A stretch of 24,000 bases of DNA, from contig NZ_VOAY01000001.1 in NCBI RefSeq assembly GCF_008369125.1, forward strand, positions 1,475,545-1,499,544, given 5' to 3'. The translations under genes were made by a program, and so were the position numbers. The notes beneath the pieces are model-generated. The model did no database searches. It was not told where the DNA came from and saw only the letters and a program-made list of their open reading frames with translations. This document shows, piece after piece, positions 1 through 8,220 of this stretch; positions within the stretch are counted from its first letter, which is position 1; each line of letters starts with the position of its first letter. This DNA is from Pusillimonas sp. ANT_WB101 (lineage in GTDB: Bacteria > Pseudomonadota > Gammaproteobacteria > Burkholderiales > Burkholderiaceae_B).

Positions 1-764
1 CCCATGGGATCGGAAATGCCAATGGACGTGATCCTTAGATAAGCTTGGGTTGGAAGCATATTGCTGACGTCGAGTAGCAAAGGCGTGCCCAGATCATCAA
101 ACGCTTTCACAAACACCAACGAGGCGCCGGCAACAAAACCTGGCCGGGAAAGTGGAAAAACGATCTTACGAAACAGCCTGAACCCGCTAGACCCTAAAGA
201 CTGCGCCGCCTCCTCCATGGATCGGTCGATATTGCTTAGACTGGCTGACAGATTAATGAGAATGAACGGGAAATAATGGATGCTATCCACCAAGATAACG
301 CCATTTAAGCCTTCCATAAATGGGATGGTAAAGCCAAAATACTGACGCAACAGCAGGTTAACGCTGCCGTTTGTGCCCAGCAGCAAGCGCATGGCCACAG
401 CACCAATAAACGGAGGCATCAACAGCGGGATGAAGGACAGCGTCTGGATAACAATAGACCCAGAAAAATTAAAACGACTTGTAAAGTATGCCAGCGGCAA
501 GGCAAATATGGAGGCAAAAAACACTGAGGCACACGCCACATACAGTGAGTTAACAAACGACTCCCGAAACAAGCTGTTTGCGAAAAAATCGTGAAAATTC
601 AGCAGCGTAAATTCACCAGAGTGAGGGTTTTGAAACGCAACAAAAATCACCTTCACCACGGGGAAGACAAGAAACAGAATCAAAAAGGCGGCGATGACGC
701 CATAGACTACATAAGGTTTTAATGAAGGTAGCCCAAATGCGCGCCGCATCACGCTGCTAGCCAT
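1..764 (-). CDS. ABC transporter permease (binding-protein-dependent, iron/AfuB-like), C-terminus beyond window edge
   Basis: Reverse strand from cat at 762-764 reads MASSVMRRAFGLPSLKPYVVYGVIAAFLILFLVFPVVKVIFVAFQNPHSGEFTLLNF..., a typical N-terminal TM of this permease class. It lies just downstream of a binding-protein gene on the same strand. It is absent from the ORF track because it runs off the window. Confidence 0.75.
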   Translation of the reverse strand, partial: MASSVMRRAFGLPSLKPYVVYGVIAAFLILFLVFPVVKVIFVAFQNPHSGEFTLLNFHDFFANSLFRESFVNSLYVACASVFFASIFALPLAYFTSRFNFSGSIVIQTLSFIPLLMPPFIGAVAMRLLLGTNGSVNLLLRQYFGFTIPFMEGLNGVILVDSIHYFPFILINLSASLSNIDRSMEEAAQSLGSSGFRLFRKIVFPLSRPGFVAGASLVFVKAFDDLGTPLLLDVSNMLPTQAYLRITSIGISDPM

Positions 765-798
765 CGCAGAATCACTCTCAGGTTATCTGAATATAATA

Positions 799-833
799 AG
801 GCGGCCTGCGCTCAGTAGGAGCACAAGCCGCCT
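799..833 (-). promoter_or_regulatory. Intergenic stem-loop between binding-protein and permease genes
   Basis: AGGCGGC (799-805) pairs with GCCGCCT (827-833), with a partial inner stem. No clear T-tract follows, so it looks more like an mRNA-stabilising or attenuating hairpin than a full terminator. Confidence 0.45.
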
Positions 834-845
834 GGTTGAGAAACA

Positions 846-2195
846 TCACAGCATAGCCTTGGCTTTTTGAGCCAAATCTTTAGCTTTGCTGTAATTTTCA
901 ACGGACTTACCGTCCCAGTCTTTTTCTACCTCAGCCTGACGGCCTTCCACCTTATCTTCGGCCTTCTTGCGCTTTACCTTGAAGATGGCACTGAAGTCGG
1001 GCGCTGACGCCTGTTTTTCCGTAATAGGCACGTTGTAGACCAAGGCTTTGGCCTGGCTGATTAGTTTTTTAGCCTCATCGTTAGGCGATTTTTCAACTGC
1101 GGCTTCTGCTTCGTCAATTGCCTTAACTGCCGCCTGCAACTCAGAAAAACGATAGGTAATCATTACATCGTATAAAGAGTTGACGACGTTATAGCGCCCT
1201 TGCGATAAGTTTGAGTCAAAATGCACACCGGCCTTAATCTCGCCCTTAAACGGGTTGGGAATGCCTTCAGGGGCATTTTTATACGCGTCCTCGGCGACCG
1301 GTAGCCGCATCACTTTAGGGTTAAAGAGTAATTCCTGACCCTTCTCAGACAATACAAAATCGACGAATGTATGCGCTGCCTTAGCATGCGGGGCATTGGC
1401 TACGACGCCAATAGTCGCCGGCACCAGCGTTGTTCCCTCAGGATATTTGAATTTGACGGGGAAGCCTGCCGCTTTGGAGGTAAAGCCAAAATAGTCGATG
1501 ACTATGCCTATACCAAACTCACCGCTATCAACGCCCTCAGGAACACCGAAACTGCGATTGGTAATTAGCTTTGCATTGCCGGCTATTTCTTTGACTGTTT
1601 CCCAACCCTTGTCCCAGCCCTGGCCTTGAAGAATCGTTTCGATTTCCAGGTGAGTCGTGCCCGAACGTGAAGGCGCAGAAATACCAAGATGCTGAAAATA
1701 TATGGGCTTGGTGAGGTCTTCCCAGGTATTAGGGTCTGGCAGTTTGTAGGACGTCATGTAGCTTGTATTCCACATGAATCCATACCCTGAAAGGGCAAAC
1801 CCAAGAAAATAGCCATCAGGATCATCAATCTGATAGCCATTTATTTCGGATGCTGTTTTCTTGGTGGCCGGTACATATTTTTCGAGCAGATTGTTCGCTT
1901 TCAACACTTCGAAAGCATCAGGCGAAGAGGCCCAGAATATATCTGTTTTGTTGTTGCCTGCAGTTTCCTGCAAATACTGTACGCCGGCCGACGTTCCTTT
2001 GTTGATGACATCAAGGTTTATATCAGGATGTTCTTTTTTGAAAGCCTGCTTGAACACGGCTGTCTGGTCAGCGGCGAACGATGTCACGATGACGAGATCG
2101 TTATCGGCAGCAACTGCGTCAGCTACTGTAAAACATATGCCGGCGGTGGCAACGGCAGCGAAGATACGCAGCCGACGTTTGTAAATCGAGGTCAT
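846..2195 (-). CDS. ABC transporter extracellular substrate-binding protein (family 1, iron/phosphoglycerate-like)
   Basis: 449 aa with a signal peptide. Text such as DLVIVTSFAADQTAVFKQAFKKEHPDI, KTDIFWASSPDAFEVLK and SRSGTTHLEIETILQGQGWDKGWE is typical of AfuA/PgtC-type binding proteins. The neighbouring gene is a permease. Confidence 0.8.
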   Translation of the reverse strand: MTSIYKRRLRIFAAVATAGICFTVADAVAADNDLVIVTSFAADQTAVFKQAFKKEHPDINLDVINKGTSAGVQYLQETAGNNKTDIFWASSPDAFEVLKANNLLEKYVPATKKTASEINGYQIDDPDGYFLGFALSGYGFMWNTSYMTSYKLPDPNTWEDLTKPIYFQHLGISAPSRSGTTHLEIETILQGQGWDKGWETVKEIAGNAKLITNRSFGVPEGVDSGEFGIGIVIDYFGFTSKAAGFPVKFKYPEGTTLVPATIGVVANAPHAKAAHTFVDFVLSEKGQELLFNPKVMRLPVAEDAYKNAPEGIPNPFKGEIKAGVHFDSNLSQGRYNVVNSLYDVMITYRFSELQAAVKAIDEAEAAVEKSPNDEAKKLISQAKALVYNVPITEKQASAPDFSAIFKVKRKKAEDKVEGRQAEVEKDWDGKSVENYSKAKDLAQKAKAML

Positions 2196-2447
2196 TGGTA
2201 GTCCTCCTTCTTTGTTTACATTCTGCTGCGCTATCTCCGTATATATTTTTTTTGTCTTCTCCGCTTGTATTCTATTACCTGCGGGTATATTTGTTAAACC
2301 TTAATATTCGAAACTATATGTAACCGTATATCGGAGCATGTTCATTTGTGGAGAGTCTCGCAGAGCTAAGACAGCTCCTCCAACACCAAAATCCATGCAA
2401 CCCACACACATCGCGGTAAGATGTTCTGTAATGATGGAGGCAATACC

Positions 2448-3344
2448 ATGCGTATCCTGCTCACTGGTGGTACCGGCCTGATCGGTCGAGAACTTTGCAA
2501 GCGCTGGAGCGGCGAAGGGCATGAGCTTATCGTTTTAAGCCGCCAACCGCAGAACGTGCCTCAGCTTTGCAGCGGCGCTCGGGGTATTCAAAGCCTGGAT
2601 CAGCTGAACGACACTGCTGCTTTAGACGCGGTAATCAATTTGGCGGGCGCGCCTATCGCTGATCGCCCGTGGACTAAGGCCCGGCGCGAGGTGCTCTGGA
2701 AAAGCCGGGTTGATCTCACCCAAAATCTGGTCAGTTGGTTAGCCAATCAAGCCATACGCCCATCTGTTCTGATCTCAGGCTCTGCCACCGGCATCTATGG
2801 CGATTGCGGTGACGCCGTACTCGACGAAAACAGCCCCACAGACACCGGCGATTTTGGCAGCAAACTATGTGTAGCCTGGGAAGAAGCAGCGCGTGACGCT
2901 GAAACCCTGGGCATTCGGGTGGTGCGGTTGCGCACTGCCCCTGTCCTGGCACCCAATGCCGGCATGCTGGCCAAGATGAAGCTTCCTTTTAGCTTAGGGC
3001 TGGGTGGGCGACTGGGTAATGGTCAGCAATGGATGCCGTGGATACACCTTGCCGATGAGGTGGGTTTAATCGATTTTCTTCTGCATTGCGACGTGTGCAC
3101 CGGGGCCTGGAACGCCTGCGCACCCCAAACCGTGCGCAACGCCGAGTTTGTGCGTGCACTGGGGCTCGCCTTGCACAGACCCACGGTTTTGCCGGTTCCC
3201 GCTGCGCTCTTGCGCCTGGCCTTGGGTGAGATGTCAATATTGCTGTTGGGTGGCCAGCGCGTGCAGGCCCATTGCGCTCACGCGGCAAGCTATCGTTTTC
3301 AATTTGAACGACTGGACGAAGCCTTGATTGATGTGTTGTATTGA
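2448..3344 (+). CDS. TIGR01777 family NAD(P)-binding epimerase/sugar nucleotide epimerase-like (YfcH-like)
   Basis: MRILLTGGTGLIGRELCKRW (Rossmann GxxGxxG), NLAGAPIADRPWTKARREVLWKSRV, SGSATGIYGDCGD and WMPWIHLADEVGLIDFLL are family hallmarks. The track start at 2421 is probably too early. Confidence 0.88.
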   Translation: MRILLTGGTGLIGRELCKRWSGEGHELIVLSRQPQNVPQLCSGARGIQSLDQLNDTAALDAVINLAGAPIADRPWTKARREVLWKSRVDLTQNLVSWLANQAIRPSVLISGSATGIYGDCGDAVLDENSPTDTGDFGSKLCVAWEEAARDAETLGIRVVRLRTAPVLAPNAGMLAKMKLPFSLGLGGRLGNGQQWMPWIHLADEVGLIDFLLHCDVCTGAWNACAPQTVRNAEFVRALGLALHRPTVLPVPAALLRLALGEMSILLLGGQRVQAHCAHAASYRFQFERLDEALIDVLY

Positions 3345-3355
3345 GCTGTGCCGCC

Positions 3356-3425
3356 CTTGCCTTGCCTTGCCTTGCCTTGCCTTGCCTTGCCTTGCCTTGC
3401 CTTGCCTTGCCTTGCCTTGCCTTGC
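3356..3425 (+). repeat. Perfect pentanucleotide tandem repeat (CTTGC)x14
   Basis: Directly read uninterrupted CTTGC units starting 11 bp after the epimerase stop codon. Confidence 0.97.
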
Positions 3426-3969
3426 AGTGTGCACCAAAAGGCAGAGTGCATGGTATTTCCGTTTCTCTGGCCTTTATCGTTCACTCGTTTGCTACGCATA
3501 AAGATGGCTAGTTATGGCCACATCAAACTACGTAAATTACAGGCTGAAGTGCATCAAACCATGTGGGCTCCTGCGATTAAATCTGACTGTAAAACGATGG
3601 AGAAACGACGCGAAATACTAAACTCAAAAAAAGGCTCGCGGAGACCCTCTCAACTGCAGCCCGCAGCACACATAAGCATCATTCACCATATTGAATCTAG
3701 GGTTTATGCCCGTTTCATTATTTCAGGCTGTAACTGAAAATTGATCAGAGAACTAAGAAAGGTCTGAGTAAGTCGATTTTCAGTTGAGTCCGTTGTCTTA
3801 ACTGATTGATTTTATAGAATCTATTTTTTATCCGGAGCTTGCTCAGAGCCTTCTTAATGCCCGGAATGTGCCGCCTTCACAACTGATGCACTAACACCCG
3901 CGTATTGGCCTGTTGAGCACAATCTGAACTACCCAGTAACAGCAATCTTAAAACGCCGTGGGGTATCCA

Positions 3970-4563
3970 ATGAGCTTAATCAAATCTGTCGCATTATCGG
4001 CCTGTCTGCTTTGGCCTGTTCTTGTGCCAGTCGCCGTTGCCCAAGATAGTGTGGCAGAGATTCTGGAAAAGGCACGCGCTGAAGCCAGAATTCATAACGA
4101 GTACAAGCTTGCCTTAAACGACCCCGATCCTGGTGTTCGGCTGGCCGTTTTCAATCAAATGCTGCAACAAGACGACCCCGGTCTTCATAAGTTGGCCATT
4201 GAAACTGGCTTAACCAGTGCCGATAGCATGATGCGCTCAACAGCTCTGAAAGGCGCCGTGCTGTCGCTAACGCAACTGCACATCAAACTGGCTGTCGATC
4301 CAAAATCATCTCCGCGACAACAAACTGAGGCGAAAAAATATCTTGAACAGTACGGTTCTGCAATAGCGCTAACCATGCAAAAAAAAGATGAGAAAGAAGG
4401 AGTGTTTACTGCCAGCTCATGGAGTGGCCAAGTCAACAACCTTCAGTTATTACTTCTATATAGCAATATCAACGCAGTGTTGACACTACAGGACGACAAC
4501 TCCCTTAAAGGCACACTAAATCGAAGTAACATTCCATATATCGCATCGATCGATTTATTTTGA
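3970..4563 (+). CDS. Hypothetical exported protein, possible HEAT-like helical segment
   Basis: MSLIKSVALSACLLWPVLVPVAVAQ signal peptide, followed by PGVRLAVFNQML / LHKLAIETGLTSADSMMRSTALKGAVL, which looks like a helical repeat. The ORF track begins at an upstream GTG (3958). Confidence 0.6.
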   Translation: MSLIKSVALSACLLWPVLVPVAVAQDSVAEILEKARAEARIHNEYKLALNDPDPGVRLAVFNQMLQQDDPGLHKLAIETGLTSADSMMRSTALKGAVLSLTQLHIKLAVDPKSSPRQQTEAKKYLEQYGSAIALTMQKKDEKEGVFTASSWSGQVNNLQLLLLYSNINAVLTLQDDNSLKGTLNRSNIPYIASIDLF

Positions 4564-4576
4564 ACCGAACTTAGCA

Positions 4577-5746
4577 TCATTGTTGCCACAACACCTTCAA
4601 TCGTCGCAGGCTGACAGCATCTGCTGTATCTGTTGTCGAGGCAATGCTTACTCGAATCATTTGTGCACGCCTGGGTGCAAAGTGAATGGTGGCCACACCA
4701 TCTTGGTAAGCCGGCGCCACCGATATAACTGACGTCCAGGTACGCGTAACTGGGGTAGGTTTGATCAGTATCTCTACCCTGCCGGGTAATTCGTTACCAG
4801 GCAGCCCACGGCCATCCAGCACAATACCTGACACCACAGTGCTTTTTGCGCCGAGCGAAAAATCCAGCGTCAGCGGCCATTCATCCGGTGCGACACGCCA
4901 CAGCCCATCATTACCCTGAGCGTACAGATTTTGTGCCCGAAACGCATCGTCTGTCGGCGGATTGCTCCAGGCTTTAATTTCTAGCATGGCGTTTGATTGT
5001 GCGCCGATCTCTTTCGCTTCGGCTGGCAGCTCAGTATTTGATTCTGCCTCGCGTGCCTGCGATGCATTGGCATTCCTCTCGCTCCGCGTTGCCGTTTCAT
5101 TTCGCAGAAAGGCATCCACTTTAGACATGAGAAAGTCCTGCCGGACTACGGTTCCGACCCCCGACCGGGCATTGACAGACACCAACATGCCGATTACTGC
5201 ACCGTCGATAAGCAGTTGGCTACCACTAAAACCTTTACGTATGACACTGCTGGAACGCGTAGGTTGAACACGCAGTAACTGGACGCCGTCGTTATCTACG
5301 ATACTGACAGCCAATTGCCCTATCGTGCCATCACCGTTAACGTAGCGCAACACAGCGATTCCGTTGCGCTTCAGCTGTGAGTCTACCGCGCGGGCAATGC
5401 TGGACGCACTTAGACCACAGTCGGGCTCTGCTATGCCCTGTACGGGGGCTATGGCGACATCATCCGCCAGATCAGTGGCCGTGCCGGCCTCACCAAACAA
5501 GCGTTGCTTGCCCTCACGTCGCACGTTGTGTCTGCCTCCCTGCTCCACAGCAACGTGCATGGGCATTACCGCATAGCAGCGCCCTGCATAAGTGGTCAGA
5601 AATGATTGACCTGTTTCAAGCGCTGTCTGTCCGGCAGACAACACCACGGCCTGTTGCGAAAATGCGGACGACGTGAGCAGAGCCAAGCAAGCCAGCATCA
5701 TCCTAATTAGCCAGAGCTTATTACGCATGCTTGTGTTTGACAGCAT
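4577..5746 (-). CDS. Trypsin-like (S1/PA clan fold) exported protein of unknown function
   Basis: Signal-like N-terminus. Candidate triad order is H in CYAVMPMHVAVEQ, D in TDLADDVAIAPV and S in IRKGFSGSQLLIDGAVIGMLVSV. Confidence 0.6.
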   Translation of the reverse strand: MLSNTSMRNKLWLIRMMLACLALLTSSAFSQQAVVLSAGQTALETGQSFLTTYAGRCYAVMPMHVAVEQGGRHNVRREGKQRLFGEAGTATDLADDVAIAPVQGIAEPDCGLSASSIARAVDSQLKRNGIAVLRYVNGDGTIGQLAVSIVDNDGVQLLRVQPTRSSSVIRKGFSGSQLLIDGAVIGMLVSVNARSGVGTVVRQDFLMSKVDAFLRNETATRSERNANASQAREAESNTELPAEAKEIGAQSNAMLEIKAWSNPPTDDAFRAQNLYAQGNDGLWRVAPDEWPLTLDFSLGAKSTVVSGIVLDGRGLPGNELPGRVEILIKPTPVTRTWTSVISVAPAYQDGVATIHFAPRRAQMIRVSIASTTDTADAVSLRRLKVLWQQ

Positions 5747-5751
5747 AAGCC

Positions 5752-6837
5752 CTATCCCTCTTCAGCGTCATCATCAGGCGCGTTCGCCACTGCCTTTTTG
5801 CGGCGACCCCAACACCAGCGTTTGACGTCAGGCATCGCCCGCAGAACATTCAGCAACGAACTGGCCAGTGTCAAAAACCCCGTCAACAACACCAAGGCTA
5901 TAACCAGTGTGCTTTGATGTTTAACTTTGACCCACCAACTGGCCTGGAAACTGTATTTGCCCCCGCCATAACGCTCGATATCCACGCCCTCTGCGGGTGC
6001 AAACATTACAACATCCATGGTTTTGTACGCGCTGATATCAGGCTGCGCCGTGGTAAAGCGCACAAATCCCTTTGGCAACACAAGCGCACCATTTTTATCC
6101 CTGACACCGGCTAATACAACCTGGTCTCCAAGCATGAGCGTAGACTCCTCGGCCAAGGTTCTGCCTGCCAGCGCATCTTCAGATGCCGCAAAAACAGCCA
6201 ACTGCCCACCTTGCAGCATTTTATTGACGCTCCACGCCACATCATGTCCTACCTTTGTATGCCCTGCAAATGGTAATACGGTCGTTGAGACTTGCCGCAC
6301 TTCAGAGCGGGGTCGCCAGCTGACATTGACCTGTGAAGCCAACGGGCGTCGGACTGAATCGCTTTCATCAGTACTAACAAACCCAAGCGGTCCGCTATCA
6401 CGTCGTAAAGCCATGTACACCACGCCGGAAGCTTGAGTGGATATTTTGACGTTTATCGGGTTTCCAACGTCAGCAGTTAAATCCAACAGCTGTTTGTTTG
6501 CCGTATCAGGCCATTTCAGCGCTTGCCAAGCCTGGCTGCCACAGGCATTTTCATGTGTCTCTGGGCCCTCTACCGCTTTTTGTCGACCAGGTAGTCGCTC
6601 ACAGACAAGTGCCTGCCCAATGTCCCATTGGGTGCGGCCTACCAGTTTAATGTCAATAATCTCAGTCTGCGCAGTCAGGCTTAGCTGCCAGGAGGCATGT
6701 GCTCGCAAAATATTAAACAGCGCAATTACGACAACCAGTAACAAACCCAAGAACAAAAACACCTGAATCTTGGCCATAACCCAAGACGTCCTGTTTGCGC
6801 CGGCCTTATCCGCAGGTAAAACCGGCTCATCCATCAT
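5752..6837 (-). CDS. Hypothetical membrane protein with N- and C-terminal TM segments
   Basis: 361 aa with hydrophobic segments VFLFLGLLLVVVIALFNIL and STLVIALVLLTGFLTLASSLL. The start overlaps the upstream gene by 4 bp (ATGA). Confidence 0.65.
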   Translation of the reverse strand: MMDEPVLPADKAGANRTSWVMAKIQVFLFLGLLLVVVIALFNILRAHASWQLSLTAQTEIIDIKLVGRTQWDIGQALVCERLPGRQKAVEGPETHENACGSQAWQALKWPDTANKQLLDLTADVGNPINVKISTQASGVVYMALRRDSGPLGFVSTDESDSVRRPLASQVNVSWRPRSEVRQVSTTVLPFAGHTKVGHDVAWSVNKMLQGGQLAVFAASEDALAGRTLAEESTLMLGDQVVLAGVRDKNGALVLPKGFVRFTTAQPDISAYKTMDVVMFAPAEGVDIERYGGGKYSFQASWWVKVKHQSTLVIALVLLTGFLTLASSLLNVLRAMPDVKRWCWGRRKKAVANAPDDDAEEG

Positions 6838-7580
6838 GGGGTGCCGCCATAAAGAACAGTTACAGAAGCCTTGGGCAATTCACGTCCGTAAATTTCGCGC
6901 TCTATGGTGACTTCAGCCGCGCCTTTTAAAGCAGCCGGCACGTCAACATTGCAGACGTAATCAAAGCTAGTGCGTCGCCCTTCAACGGGTACACAATCGA
7001 CGGCATTCTGATCGGAAAATGATGCATACACATCGGTGGCATTGAACGAATTAATGTACAAACGCAGTTGATGCTGTTCAGCAGAATCAGAACGATGCAC
7101 CACATAGGTATTGCCAGTGGGCGCATCACACGACCCGTTGGCAGCCTGGACGGCGACTTCTAAATTTGCGTATTTAGCGAGAAAAGGCAGTTGTAGAGAT
7201 TTTTTATACGGTAGTAAAACAATATCACCAGGCTGCGTATCTGGCGGGAACACATACTGATTACTGGCCATGTATACGCCATCTCGCGTCAGAACGCTCA
7301 GACAGACTTCAGACGCGGCAGAATTCGCTTCGCTTATGATGGCTAGACTGCCCAGCGCCTTGCCATCTATCACGCTGTTATCAGAAACACCAACGATTAC
7401 TGCGCCGCTCACCACAACATCCTGACTTATGGTTTCGTTAAAAACCCCTTTAAGTGTAGCCATTTTTGGCGGAGCCGCGATTGCCACACTGCTGGCAGCC
7501 GATGCAACGGCAAGCAACACCCGCGCAAGCACATGCCACCGCATACTTGGACCTGGTTCAGGCAGAAAGAGCTTCGGCAT
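6834..7580 (-). CDS. Hypothetical exported protein
   Basis: 248 aa with a hydrophobic signal-like segment (MRWHVLARVLLAVASAASSVAIA). It overlaps the next gene. The true start may be the internal ATG near 7544. Confidence 0.6.
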   Translation of the reverse strand: MPKLFLPEPGPSMRWHVLARVLLAVASAASSVAIAAPPKMATLKGVFNETISQDVVVSGAVIVGVSDNSVIDGKALGSLAIISEANSAASEVCLSVLTRDGVYMASNQYVFPPDTQPGDIVLLPYKKSLQLPFLAKYANLEVAVQAANGSCDAPTGNTYVVHRSDSAEQHQLRLYINSFNATDVYASFSDQNAVDCVPVEGRRTSFDYVCNVDVPAALKGAAEVTIEREIYGRELPKASVTVLYGGTP

Positions 7581-7649
7581 GCTTGCTCCTTACAGCAATG
7601 CAGGGCAAGTACCCTGCATTTGCTCGAGGTTTACGTGCTTTGTGTCAGA

Positions 7650-7970
7650 CTATTTACGCCAATACTCGTTAGCGGCGGCAATGGTCTGGAAATGCGTAGC
7701 CACAACATGAGAGACGGCGATCAGGCTGTTGGCATCATGAGCATAACTCGGGCGTAGTGCTTTGCGAACAGCTGGGTCAGTTTGGGTGGTTGCCACACCC
7801 TTTTGCGACAACTTTACCGCAAGGGCGAAGCCTGCTTCAGGTGTTTCTGTAATAAGCGTGGCCAAGCCTGCTTTTTGCATTTCAGGCTTGTCTTGGGCAG
7901 AGGCAATACTGATATAGCCTATGGCCAAGGTCACTGCCAACAACGACGTAAAGAGAAATCGCTTTGGCAT
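7650..7970 (-). CDS. Small hypothetical exported protein
   Basis: MPKRFLFTSLLAVTLAIGYISIASAQ signal peptide. It is the first gene of a same-strand run. The ORF track extends to 8003. Confidence 0.5.
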   Translation of the reverse strand: MPKRFLFTSLLAVTLAIGYISIASAQDKPEMQKAGLATLITETPEAGFALAVKLSQKGVATTQTDPAVRKALRPSYAHDANSLIAVSHVVATHFQTIAAANEYWRK

Positions 7971-8220
7971 CCATGTACATCGCCGATATACGGTCGTATT
8001 CATTTTGTCATCCCCCTAAAAAGTACTGTTTATTGCACAGAATTTTATGGCGTCTTGAAAAAGGCCACGGCGTAAAAAGCAAACTTCATCAACCCCATGC
8101 TAGCGGGAGGTGCTCCACACCGTCAACAGGGGTATTAGGGCGTACCAGTTTCGCGAAAATGCCCACCTAGCCGCGATTGATCTCGCTGTGCTGAAGTAGT
8201 CAGCACCACCATGACTGGTT

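Noticed and set aside
2301-2522. 73-aa minus-strand ORF at the epimerase start
   Set aside because: It overlaps the strong epimerase start on the opposite strand and has no domain-like features.
3234-3737. Repetitive-protein ORFs (GKARQ / LALPC repeats)
   Set aside because: These are translation artefacts of the CTTGC pentanucleotide repeat, open in several frames, with no supporting start or domain.
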